The notes below the pieces were generated by a model that made no database searches, had not been told where the DNA came from, and saw only the letters and a list, made by a program, of their open reading frames with translations. The translations under genes were made by a program, and so were the position numbers. DNA of 37,117 bases from a virus (taxonomy: Duplodnaviria; Caudoviricetes): the IMG/VR virus record IMGVR_UViG_3300006016_000021, positions 1-37,117 of that record. One strand, given 5' to 3'. The number at the start of each line of letters is the position of its first letter. The first letter of the stretch is position 1. Shown here one piece after another: positions 18,461 to 27,202 of this stretch.

Positions 18461-18466
18461 CCGGCC

Positions 18467-19606
18467 ATGCTTCACACCGCACGCACATCCTCCGTTTCGC
18501 TTCACGCCGCCTCGACCGCGTCGGGCCTTGCGCTGTGCGCGGCCCAGCCGTTTGCGACCGAAGGGCCGGCCGGCGCGCCGGCCCAAGCGCCGGAATGGGT
18601 GCATCTGCTTCCGGCCGGCACCATCGCCACCGGCGACGGCCGCGGCCCCTACAAGGTGCGGGACGCAGACAAGGTGATTGCCGCGAGCCTTGAGCAAATG
18701 GGTGGCGCCGGCGTCATCGACGAAAACCATTCAACCGATCTGGCGGCCCCCCGCGGCGAGGCGGCGCCGGCGCGCGGCTGGATCAAGGAATTGCAAGCGC
18801 GCCAGGACGGCATCTGGGGCCGGGTCGAATGGACCCGCCTCGGCGAACGGCTCGTGACCGGGAAGGCCTATCGCGGGCTCTCGCCGGTCATCCGCCACGA
18901 CGCTTCCGGCAATGTCATCGCCATCCTGCGCGCCTCCCTCGTCAACCAACCAAACCTGCGCGGACTGACCGCGCTGCATCAGGAGAACAGCATGTCGCTT
19001 TTGGAAAAGCTGATCGCCGCGCTCGGCCTCGACGCCGGTGCAACCGAAGACCAGGTCACGGAGAAGGTGACGTCGCTGCATGCGCAGAGCGGGCCGGCCG
19101 CAACCTCATTGCAGGCCGCCATGGCGCCGATCGCCAAGGCTGTTGGCCTGGCAGAGAACGCCACATCCGAGGCTGTTCTCGCAGGCGTGGCGCAGTTGGT
19201 GGAAATCAAGAAAGCCGCAGGCGATCTCACCGCTCATCCCTCCGTTGTCGCTCTGCAGGCAGAACTCACCACCGTCAGCACCGAACTCAAGACGCTGCGG
19301 GAGGGAACGGCGAGAACCGCCGCAGAGACCTTCGTCGACACCGCCATCAAGGCCGGCCGGGTCGGCGTCAAGCCGATGCGGGAGGAATACATCTCAATGC
19401 ACATGGCCAATCCCGCCCAGGTCGAGAAGCTGATCGGCGCCATGCCGACGCTCGGCGCCGGCAATGTGGTCGTGCCCGACACGCCGCCTTCCAAGGATGG
19501 CGAGATCTCGCTCAACGCCGAGCAGCTCGGCGTCGCCAAGGCGCTGGGCATCGACCCGAAAGCCTATGCCGAAACCCTGAAGGCCGAGCGCGAGACCGCA
19601 CTCTAG
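18467..19606 (+). CDS. Mu-like prohead protease I (gp32) with C-terminal scaffold
   Basis: PEWVHLLPAG...DGRGP, IDENHST, APARGWI, GIWGRVEWT, YRGLSPV, SLVNQPNL; start chosen at ATG 18467. Confidence 0.9.
   Translation: MLHTARTSSVSLHAASTASGLALCAAQPFATEGPAGAPAQAPEWVHLLPAGTIATGDGRGPYKVRDADKVIAASLEQMGGAGVIDENHSTDLAAPRGEAAPARGWIKELQARQDGIWGRVEWTRLGERLVTGKAYRGLSPVIRHDASGNVIAILRASLVNQPNLRGLTALHQENSMSLLEKLIAALGLDAGATEDQVTEKVTSLHAQSGPAATSLQAAMAPIAKAVGLAENATSEAVLAGVAQLVEIKKAAGDLTAHPSVVALQAELTTVSTELKTLREGTARTAAETFVDTAIKAGRVGVKPMREEYISMHMANPAQVEKLIGAMPTLGAGNVVVPDTPPSKDGEISLNAEQLGVAKALGIDPKAYAETLKAERETAL
18992..19606 (+). CDS. Scaffold protein Z from an in-frame internal start in gene I
   Basis: AGGAG (18981-18985) 6 nt before in-frame ATG; MSLLEKLIAALGL; same arrangement as Mu I/Z. 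Confidence 0.7.
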   Translation: MSLLEKLIAALGLDAGATEDQVTEKVTSLHAQSGPAATSLQAAMAPIAKAVGLAENATSEAVLAGVAQLVEIKKAAGDLTAHPSVVALQAELTTVSTELKTLREGTARTAAETFVDTAIKAGRVGVKPMREEYISMHMANPAQVEKLIGAMPTLGAGNVVVPDTPPSKDGEISLNAEQLGVAKALGIDPKAYAETLKAERETAL

Positions 19607-19648
19607 CCCTCAGCCCATCCAACCGGATCAATTTTCAAGGAACCCGTG

Positions 19649-20101
19649 ATGACCGCTTTGACTTCCGACCGCAACACTGCCCGCATGGAAGGCGATCTCC
19701 GCGTCGCCGGCGCGGCCGCAGCCCTCATCTATGCCGGCGCTCTCGTGATGCGCAACGCCGCCGGTTATGTGACCAAGGGCGCCACCGCCACCGGCTCATT
19801 CGGCTGCGGCCGGGCCGAGGAGCGCGTCGACAATTCGGGCGGCAGCGCCGGCGATCTCGATATCCGCTACCGCCCTGGCATCTTCCGCTTCGACAATTCG
19901 GCGTCCGCCGATCTGATCGGCATTACCGAAATCGGCAAGCCCTGCTTCGTGGTCGATGACCAGACCGTCGCCAAGACCGACGGCAGCGCCAGCAGGTCGA
20001 TCGCTGGCTTCGTCGAGGGCGTCGACAACCTGGGCGTCTGGGTCCGCTTCGATGAAGCGGCAGCGCAGGCCTACCTCGCTGGCATCACGCTGCCCGCCTG
20101 A
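19649..20101 (+). CDS. Putative capsid cement/decoration protein
   Basis: IYAGALV, IGKPCFVVDDQTVAKT, GVWV; between protease and capsid. Confidence 0.7.
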   Translation: MTALTSDRNTARMEGDLRVAGAAAALIYAGALVMRNAAGYVTKGATATGSFGCGRAEERVDNSGGSAGDLDIRYRPGIFRFDNSASADLIGITEIGKPCFVVDDQTVAKTDGSASRSIAGFVEGVDNLGVWVRFDEAAAQAYLAGITLPA

Positions 20102-20134
20102 TCCTCACCATCCATTTGAACAGGAAACACAGCC

Positions 20135-21043
20135 ATGCTCGTTAATTCCGCCAATCTCGACGCTCTGAGGGCCGGTTTCAAAACCAGCTACCAGCAGGGC
20201 GTCAACACGGCCAAGGCCTCGACGATGTGGACCCGCATCGCAACGCGCGTCCCATCTTCGACCAAGGAACAGAAATACGGCTGGCTGGGCAAGTTCCCGC
20301 GAGTTCGCGAGTGGATCGGACCGCGCGCCGTTCAGAACCTGATGCAGCACGATTACGCCATCATGGAGAAGCCCTGGGAACTGACCGTCTCGGTCGACAG
20401 GGATGATATCGACACCGATAATTTGGGCATCTATGGGCCGATGTTCGAACAGATGGGCCAACAGACCGAAGCCCTGCCGGACCAGTTGGTCTTTGCTCTG
20501 CTCCTCGCCGGTTTTGCCACCCCTTGCTATGACGGCCAGTATTTCTTCGACACCGATCACCCGGTGATCGACAAGAACGGCGTGGTCCAGTCCAAGGCCA
20601 ACACCGATGGCGGTTCGGGCACGCCCTGGTTCCTGCTCGACACCCGCATGCCGCTGAAGCCGCTGATCCACCAGGTGCGCAAGGATTTCGAGTTCGTCGC
20701 CAAGGACAAGCTGACCGACGACAATGTCTTCTGGCAGAAGGAGTTCGTCTACGGCGCCGACGCCCGCTCCAATGTCGGCTATGGCTTCTGGCAACAGGCC
20801 TGGGGATCGAAGCAGACCCTGAATTCCGCGAACTACGCCATTGCGCGCGGCGGGCTGAGCGGCATGACCGGCGATCACGGCAACCCGCTCGGTCTGATGG
20901 GCAATCTGCTGGTGGTGCCGCCGTCGCTCGAAAGCGCCGGCCGCAAGATCCTCAATTCCGAGAACGCCGCCGGCGGTGAGACCAACGAGTGGAAGGGCAC
21001 CGCCGAGTTGCTCGTCTGCCCCTGGCTCGCATCCGAGGCCTGA
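20135..21043 (+). CDS. Major capsid protein (Mu gpT)
   Basis: YGWLGKFPRVREWIG, CYDGQYFFDTDHPV, YGADARSNVGYGFWQ, LLVVPPSLE. Confidence 0.95.
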   Translation: MLVNSANLDALRAGFKTSYQQGVNTAKASTMWTRIATRVPSSTKEQKYGWLGKFPRVREWIGPRAVQNLMQHDYAIMEKPWELTVSVDRDDIDTDNLGIYGPMFEQMGQQTEALPDQLVFALLLAGFATPCYDGQYFFDTDHPVIDKNGVVQSKANTDGGSGTPWFLLDTRMPLKPLIHQVRKDFEFVAKDKLTDDNVFWQKEFVYGADARSNVGYGFWQQAWGSKQTLNSANYAIARGGLSGMTGDHGNPLGLMGNLLVVPPSLESAGRKILNSENAAGGETNEWKGTAELLVCPWLASEA

Positions 21044-21151
21044 TGGGCCTTACCGATCTACCCGCCGGCGCTTCAGCCGGTGGGTCCTTCGGAAGCGGCA
21101 GGTCACGCCCTGCCTCTTTTAAAGGACCCGAAAACCCCAGCGAGGACGAAA

Positions 21152-21859
21152 ATGGACGATCTCATCAAGATCAAGGGCGTCGGCGCCGCAACGGCCAAGA
21201 AGCTCACCGAAGCCGGCATCGTGAGCTTTGCCGCCCTGGCGCAGTTGAATGCGGAAGCCGAACCGCTCGCATCAATCGCCCAGACACCCGAGCAGGCCCA
21301 GGTATGGATTGCGTCCGCGATTGAATTGGCAAAAGCGCTTCCCCAGGACAATGAGGGGCAGTCAGGTACCAACACCGAAGGTGGCACTGGGGCTGGCAGT
21401 TCGGCCACCTCGGCGAAGCCAAAAGCCACTTTGAAGGTAGCAATGTCGGACGATGTGATGGCGCGCCTGGCGAAGGCGGAGGACGGCACAACGGTCATCA
21501 CCGTCATCGGCCCGTCCAAGGGCCTGCGCCGCGCCGGCCACCTCTTCGGCTCCACGCCCTCGACCATTCGCGTCACGCCGGACGAGCTCAAACTGATCGA
21601 GGCGGATCCCGGCCTGGCGGTGACGCCGGGCGACGCAAGCAAGGTCACTTATGCCGGCGGAGCGCCGGCCACCCGCCTGACCGTTGCCGAGTGCCTGGAC
21701 GCCAAAGGCAAGCCCCTCGCCATCCGCGTCCTGGGACCCGCGTCCGGACGCCGCCGCGGCGGCCATGCCTTTGGAGCGTCGCCCGTTACGCTCACGCCTT
21801 CGAAAGAGCAGCTGGGACAGATCCTCGGCGATGCAGAGCTCTCAGTGGCTCTCGCGTGA
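21152..21859 (+). CDS. HhH domain + two HI1506/Mu gp35-like repeats
   Basis: GAGG RBS; DDLIKIKGVGAATAKKLTEAGI HhH; two copies of G.RR.GH.FG...D..L.V. Confidence 0.7.
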   Translation: MDDLIKIKGVGAATAKKLTEAGIVSFAALAQLNAEAEPLASIAQTPEQAQVWIASAIELAKALPQDNEGQSGTNTEGGTGAGSSATSAKPKATLKVAMSDDVMARLAKAEDGTTVITVIGPSKGLRRAGHLFGSTPSTIRVTPDELKLIEADPGLAVTPGDASKVTYAGGAPATRLTVAECLDAKGKPLAIRVLGPASGRRRGGHAFGASPVTLTPSKEQLGQILGDAELSVALA

Positions 21860-21988
21860 AGAAGACCGGGGCCTGAAGTTACCCCAGGGGACGCGACCCG
21901 ACCCCCGACTGAAGCGAGCATTCCGGAGTAGCGCCCGGATCGGGGTCGCCGCCCGGTTGGTACCGGGCAACTTTCTTAAGGAGTGAGC

Positions 21989-22417
21989 ATGCCCTATTGC
22001 ACCCTCGACCAGCTGACCGATCGCTACAGCCACGCGCTGCTGGTGGAGATCTCCGATCGCGCCGATGCGCCGACAGGCACGATCGACGCTGATATGATCG
22101 ATCGGGCTATCTCGGACGCGGACGCGCTGATCGACGGCTATCTGGCGCGCCGCTACGCGCTGCCGCTTGCCTCGACGCCTCGGCTGGTCACCGATCTGTC
22201 TCTCAGGATCTCGATCTATTACGCCCATGGCCGCGTCGCCGCCGAGAAGATCACAAAGGACTATGAGGCGGCGATGAAGACGCTTCGCGACATTTCGAAC
22301 GGGTTGATCCAACTCGACATCGATGGCGCGGAGCCCGCCGCTTCCGGCGCCAGCGAAGTGAGGACCAACGAGCCCGAGCGCCCGTTCAGCGCCCAGAGCA
22401 TGAAAGGCTTCATCTGA
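21989..22417 (+). CDS. Mu gp36-like head-tail connector (DUF1320)
   Basis: AAGGAG RBS; YCTLDQL, AISDADALIDGYLARRYALPL, DYEAAMKTLRDI. Confidence 0.88.
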   Translation: MPYCTLDQLTDRYSHALLVEISDRADAPTGTIDADMIDRAISDADALIDGYLARRYALPLASTPRLVTDLSLRISIYYAHGRVAAEKITKDYEAAMKTLRDISNGLIQLDIDGAEPAASGASEVRTNEPERPFSAQSMKGFI

Positions 22418-22926
22418 TGGCCGGCGTGCGGATGGATCTTCTCGGGTCTGAAGCAGCGCTTGGCGCGCTGGGCGCCGCCGCCGCTCGGCTGGAAAGCCCG
22501 CGGCCGCTTTATGACGAGATCGGCACGGCCCTGGTTGTCTCGACGCAGCATCGTTTCGAGACCGAGCAGGATCCCGAAGGCAATCCCTGGGCGGCCTCGC
22601 TTCGGGCCACGCTTGAGGGCGGGCGGACCCTGACGGATACGGCGCGCCTGGTCGGCTCGCTCACGCACGAGGCATCGGACGAGGGCCTGGCTGTCGGCAC
22701 AAATGTTATCTATGCGGCCATTCACCAACTGGGCGGCGTCATCAAGGCCAAGACGCCCGAAGGCCTCAGGTTCCGCGGCGCCGGCGGCGACTGGGTCAGA
22801 AAGAACGAAGTCACCATTCCTGCCAGGCCATTTCTCGGCCTTGATGCCGATGACGAGGCCGAAATTGCGGCGATTTCCGGCACCTATGTGCTGACGCCGC
22901 TTGGCGGCGCGGAGGGCGCGCCATGA
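22417..22926 (+). CDS. Virion morphogenesis protein (Mu gpG / tail completion S-like)
   Basis: RFETEQDPEGNPW, LTDTARL, VGTNVIYAAIHQLGG, IPARPFLGL. Confidence 0.88.
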   Translation: MAGVRMDLLGSEAALGALGAAAARLESPRPLYDEIGTALVVSTQHRFETEQDPEGNPWAASLRATLEGGRTLTDTARLVGSLTHEASDEGLAVGTNVIYAAIHQLGGVIKAKTPEGLRFRGAGGDWVRKNEVTIPARPFLGLDADDEAEIAAISGTYVLTPLGGAEGAP

Positions 22927-23366
22927 TCCTTGCCGCAGACGTCTCCGCCCGCATCGAGGCGCAAGTGTCAGATCTTGCCGGGCGGGTGCGCGAAGCAGTC
23001 GACCTGACCGAACTGATCCGGCAGAAGGCGTTGCCGCAGGCGGCGGTGTCGGCCTTCGTGCTGCCGCTGGGCTTACGCGCCCGCAGCGAGGGTGACGCGG
23101 CCACCGGTGCGTTCACCCAGATGATCGATGAATTGTTTGGCGTGCTGCTGGTGGTGCGCGCCGCCGGCGACGTCACCGGCGCGAAGTCGCTGCCCAAGAT
23201 AGACGCGCTGATCTGGGCCATCGTCAACGCCGTCTGCGGCTGGGGGCCGGATGATGCGATCGGCGTGTTCCGGCTCTCGCGCGGGCAACTGCTTTCGACC
23301 GCCGCCGGCGCGTCCCAATACCAGCTCGATTTCGCCATCCAGCAACAGGTGAGGATCCTCGAATGA
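22923..23366 (+). CDS. Tail terminator-like protein (gp37-like)
   Basis: AFVLPLG, VCGWGP, YQLDF; synteny. Confidence 0.7.
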   Translation: MILAADVSARIEAQVSDLAGRVREAVDLTELIRQKALPQAAVSAFVLPLGLRARSEGDAATGAFTQMIDELFGVLLVVRAAGDVTGAKSLPKIDALIWAIVNAVCGWGPDDAIGVFRLSRGQLLSTAAGASQYQLDFAIQQQVRILE

Positions 23367-23536
23367 CCAAAACCCCACGCTCACGGCCTGCACTGCCTTC
23401 GGGTGGCGGCAGCTTTGTCCGCACTGCCGATGGCGGACTGAAACCGGCGAGCCGGCCGGAGATGGAAAACAAAGCAGGGCCGTCCGCAAAAACGACGTCT
23501 GAAAAGCCCGTTGAACCGCCTTTGAAGGACCGTTGA
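23363..23536 (+). CDS. Small hypothetical protein (57 aa, absent from ORF track)
   Basis: ATGA overlap; MTKTPRSRPALPSGGGSFVRTADGGLKP...; ends 1 nt before tail tube ATG. Confidence 0.6.
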   Translation: MTKTPRSRPALPSGGGSFVRTADGGLKPASRPEMENKAGPSAKTTSEKPVEPPLKDR

Positions 23537-23537
23537 A

Positions 23538-24467
23538 ATGCCGATCAAATGGAAATCCAAGATCCTGCTGGCGAAGATTGAAACGGCCTATGCCACCGAT
23601 CCGACGCCGACAGGCGCCGCCAATGCCATTCTGGCCACCAACGTCACCTTTCAGCCGATGGAAGGCCAGGACGTCAGCCGAGAGCTGGAACTGCCCTGGC
23701 TTGCAGCCCAGGCGACAATCCCGGCCGGCCTCCACTCCCGTATTTCCTTCCGCGTGGAAATGGTGCCTTCGGGGACTGCCGGCGCCACGCCGGCCTGGGG
23801 TCCCTTGCTGCGTGCCTGCGGGGTGGCGGAAACGATCGATGCCGGCGTTTCGGTCACCTACAACCCGGTCACGGACAGCCATGAAAACGTCGCCATCCAC
23901 TTCTGGGTTGGCGCCACGCGCTATGTGCTGCTCGGTACGCGCGGAACCTGTGTCCTGCGGTTCAACGCTCAGGCCATTCCTTATCTCGAGTTTTCTTTCT
24001 TGGGTCTTTTCTCGGCTCCCTCCGAGCAGGCGCGGCCTACGCCGACGCTTGCGGCATTCCTCAAACCAGACCTGGTGACCCATGCCCGCACCAGTTTCGA
24101 GATCGACGGCGTCGCGCTGGTCATGCGCAATTTCTCGCTCGATCTCGGCAATGACGTGCAGCCCCGTTTCCTGGTCGGTTCGGAAAACATCCTGATCGTC
24201 GACCGCGCCGACAAGGTTGCTGTCCAGGTGGAGGCGGTGCCGCTCTCGACATGGAACCCTTACAGCGAGGCCAGTGAGCAAAATGCCGTTTCGGTCGAGC
24301 TTGTCCATGGCACGGTCGCCGGCCGCATTGCGACGCTCGCGATCGACGCTGCCCAAGTGCAGCGGCCTGCAGGATTCGATAACAACCAGAACATCCTCGA
24401 ATGGCCGATCAATCTCGTGCCGCAGCCTGTGAGCGGAAATGACCAGTGGACGCTCACGCTGACCTGA
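23538..24467 (+). CDS. Major tail tube protein
   Basis: KILLAKIETAY, PAWGPLLRACG, GTRGT, FSLDLGN; precedes chaperones and TMP. Confidence 0.85.
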   Translation: MPIKWKSKILLAKIETAYATDPTPTGAANAILATNVTFQPMEGQDVSRELELPWLAAQATIPAGLHSRISFRVEMVPSGTAGATPAWGPLLRACGVAETIDAGVSVTYNPVTDSHENVAIHFWVGATRYVLLGTRGTCVLRFNAQAIPYLEFSFLGLFSAPSEQARPTPTLAAFLKPDLVTHARTSFEIDGVALVMRNFSLDLGNDVQPRFLVGSENILIVDRADKVAVQVEAVPLSTWNPYSEASEQNAVSVELVHGTVAGRIATLAIDAAQVQRPAGFDNNQNILEWPINLVPQPVSGNDQWTLTLT

Positions 24468-24515
24468 TCGGGTAGCCTGCTGCCGTCGCAAGCGAAGACA
24501 AGAAAGGGTGAGGCG

Positions 24516-24842
24516 ATGTATCAGATCGAAACCAATCCGGCCTTCTGGGCGCCCGTGAAGGTCGTTTTACCAGGCGACGAAAATCAGCTGGAGACCTTCC
24601 GGGCAAAATTCCGGGTGCGGGAGGTTGATGATTTCAATGGCTATGATTTTGTCACGGAGGAGGGCCTGAGGAGTTTCCTGACCGACACGATTGTGGATCT
24701 CGATGACATCATCGGCGAGGACAGGAAGCCGGTGGCGTTTTCCAATCAATTGGTCAAAACGTTGATCGCGCAGCCGCATCTTCGCGGGGCGCTGTTCCGC
24801 GCCTACAACGAGGCGATCGTCAAGGCTGTTGTGGGAAATTGA
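24516..24842 (+). CDS. Tail assembly chaperone (G-like)
   Basis: FWAPVKV, FRAKFR; ends in GGGAAAT TGA slippery site. Confidence 0.8.
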   Translation: MYQIETNPAFWAPVKVVLPGDENQLETFRAKFRVREVDDFNGYDFVTEEGLRSFLTDTIVDLDDIIGEDRKPVAFSNQLVKTLIAQPHLRGALFRAYNEAIVKAVVGN

Positions 24843-24876
24843 CCGAGGCCGCGCGCGCCTGGGCGGCAGGCGGCCT
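24833..24876 (+). other. Programmed -1 ribosomal frameshift signal
   Basis: G GGA AAT heptamer (24833-24839) immediately before the stop; AGGCCGC/GCGGCCT stem at 24846-24876; next ORF is in the -1 frame. Confidence 0.75.
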
Positions 24877-25234
24877 GATCGATCAAAGCGCCCAAGAGGA
24901 ATCCGAGGCGGTCGCCGACGCACGGCGGTTCGGACTGCCTGAAGTTGAAATCTCAGCGCTTGCCGCCCAGCTCGGGGGTAGCGCATCCGTTGTCAGGGTC
25001 TGGCCGCAAAATGCTGGAGCCGTCGATGCCTTTCTGGTCTCCGGCAGCCAGTGGCGGACGACGATCGAGTTTGAAAGCGGACGCATCCTGACCCGCTATA
25101 TCGGTCTCGACTATGCAGGCGTGCAGGTCGCGCTCGACGCGCGTGGCATCGAAAAGACGCCCGCGCTCTGGGCCGGACTGGTTGCTATGGAAATGGCCGC
25201 TCGCGACGCACTCAACGATGCGAGGGGCATGTAG
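24839..25234 (+). CDS. Tail chaperone GT extension (DUF1799-like), probably expressed by frameshift
   Basis: VWPQN, SQWR, GLDYAGV, MEMAARDALN; only a TTG start without RBS. Confidence 0.75.
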   Translation: MTEAARAWAAGGLIDQSAQEESEAVADARRFGLPEVEISALAAQLGGSASVVRVWPQNAGAVDAFLVSGSQWRTTIEFESGRILTRYIGLDYAGVQVALDARGIEKTPALWAGLVAMEMAARDALNDARGM

Positions 25235-27202
25235 ATGACCCTGCGCCTGGCGCTTGTAATTTCCGGCGATCCGGCCGGCGCCAAGAAGGCGCTGGCCGAG
25301 ACGGCGACGGCGGTCGAGGATCTCGGCAACAAGGCCGAGTCAGCAGGAAAAAAGGTCGAAGCCTCGTTCAAGGGGTTCGAATGGGAAAGCGGCGAAGCGA
25401 CCCGCGCCCGGCTTGGCCTCAAGGAAATCGCCGATGAAGGAGATCGCGCGGCAACCGGCATAACGGCTGCGGGCGATGCGGGCCTGACAGCAGCGCCGGA
25501 TATTGCGAAGGCCGGCGACGCGGCCGGAGCGGCGGGTGACAAGTTCGGCGGGCTTGCAACCGTCGTGGCGGGTGCAGCCGGCGGACTGGCGGCCAGCGTC
25601 GCCATCACCGCCGTCAGCGAGGGCCTCAAACTCGCGGCTGGATCTGCCGCGGACCTGTTCCGCGAGATCACGTCCAATCAGCCGATGATCGAAAGGGCGC
25701 TGAATTCCCACGCTGACCTTGTCGGCCGCATCAAGGGCGCCTGGGCCGAGGCAGGCGGCGCGGCGTCGAGTTACGGCGTCAATTCCATTGCGCAACTCAG
25801 GTTCGAAGCTCAGCAGAATGTGGGTCGCGTTGACGAGTCCACTGAAGCCGCGCAGCGCGAACTGTTGCGCGGCAGCGATGCGCTCAGGCCGTCAGATGTA
25901 CTTGGTAACCCTTTTGGCCGGTTCGGGCCGTTCAAGGACGAGGTGAGCGAGTTCCGCAAGGAACTCAAGGACGGCGAAGCCGACGTCATCGCGTTCCGGC
26001 GCGCGGTGGCCGAGATCGCCGAAGCACTGCCCTCCGAATCGCCGTTCCGCGGACTTGCGGAACAGATCCTTGAAGACACAGCGGCCGCGGCCGATCTGCA
26101 GGCCGAACTTGAACGCTCACGCGATCTTCTCGACGGGTTGAAAGGCAATGCCGAGGCCGCCGCCACGGCGCTGGGAGGCAAGGCCGAGAAGTATGGCGAA
26201 CTCGCCGACGGGGCGGTAACCGCCCGCGGCGCGGTCAGCGAGAGCAATGCCGCAATCAGCGCCACGGCAGGAGCGGCCACGCAGGCCATCGGACCGCTGT
26301 CCGAATACAGCCGGCTGCTTGGCTCGATCGGCGGCGGGGGAACGCTTGTGCCCTTCAACGCGGTGCGCGCCGCGACAACGCCGCCGTTTGCCCAAGGCAG
26401 CTATGCCGCGGGTGGCTACACTGGCGACATCGCAGCATCCGACATCGCCGGCTTCGTGCATGGCAGGGAATTTGTCTTTGACGCATCCGCCACAGCCCGG
26501 ATCGGCGTTTCCAACCTCGAAGCCATCCGCCGCGGTGTGGCGGGCTACGCCGCCGGAGGGTATGTCGGAGTTCCACCGATCGCCGGCGGCTACCACGCTG
26601 CGAACGACATCAGCGCGACTGGCCAGCTCGCTGAGGAATTTCGGATGCTTCAGGGGTCAGTGCGCCAGTTTGGAATGGTGCTCGTAAAAACCGGGGACGA
26701 GGGTCAGGCACTCGCTTCGGTGATCCAGTCGGTCTCGCAGCGGTTCCTCGACTTCTCGCTTCAAGCGCTCGACACGCTGCTTCTCGGCGACGGAGGCGCA
26801 GGTGGTCCTGGCGGCGCCTTTGGTCTCATCGGAAGCCTGTTCGGACTTGGCGGAGGTGGCAGCGGCTATTTTCCGCCTGCGCCGACGATTGGTGTCGGTC
26901 TTTATCACGGCGGCGGTGATGTCGGGACCTCGTTATCCATTCGCACCGTTGCAAGCTCCGTTTTCGTCGGCGCACCCCGCATGCACTCCGGTGGCGACAT
27001 CCGCCAGGGAGAAGTGCCATTGATCGCGATGGAAGGCGAGGAGATCGGCTGGCCTGCGGATCTCAGGCGCAAATATGGCGGCGGACAGAACATCAACAAT
27101 TTCTATGTTTCAACGCCGGACCCGCGATCCTTCGCGGAATCCAAGGCGACCGTTGCGCGCGCCGGCGCACGTTTCATGGGCCGCCTGGGGAGGTATTCAT
27201 GA
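25235..27202 (+). CDS. Tail tape measure protein
   Basis: Ala/Gly-rich 655 aa; AGGYTG...GFVHGREFV motif; follows chaperones. Confidence 0.85.
   Translation: MTLRLALVISGDPAGAKKALAETATAVEDLGNKAESAGKKVEASFKGFEWESGEATRARLGLKEIADEGDRAATGITAAGDAGLTAAPDIAKAGDAAGAAGDKFGGLATVVAGAAGGLAASVAITAVSEGLKLAAGSAADLFREITSNQPMIERALNSHADLVGRIKGAWAEAGGAASSYGVNSIAQLRFEAQQNVGRVDESTEAAQRELLRGSDALRPSDVLGNPFGRFGPFKDEVSEFRKELKDGEADVIAFRRAVAEIAEALPSESPFRGLAEQILEDTAAAADLQAELERSRDLLDGLKGNAEAAATALGGKAEKYGELADGAVTARGAVSESNAAISATAGAATQAIGPLSEYSRLLGSIGGGGTLVPFNAVRAATTPPFAQGSYAAGGYTGDIAASDIAGFVHGREFVFDASATARIGVSNLEAIRRGVAGYAAGGYVGVPPIAGGYHAANDISATGQLAEEFRMLQGSVRQFGMVLVKTGDEGQALASVIQSVSQRFLDFSLQALDTLLLGDGGAGGPGGAFGLIGSLFGLGGGGSGYFPPAPTIGVGLYHGGGDVGTSLSIRTVASSVFVGAPRMHSGGDIRQGEVPLIAMEGEEIGWPADLRRKYGGGQNINNFYVSTPDPRSFAESKATVARAGARFMGRLGRYS

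Noticed and set aside
21905-21950. Hammerhead ribozyme suggested by CTGAAGCGAG
   Set aside because: No correctly placed GAAA or third stem; kept only as a generic structured element
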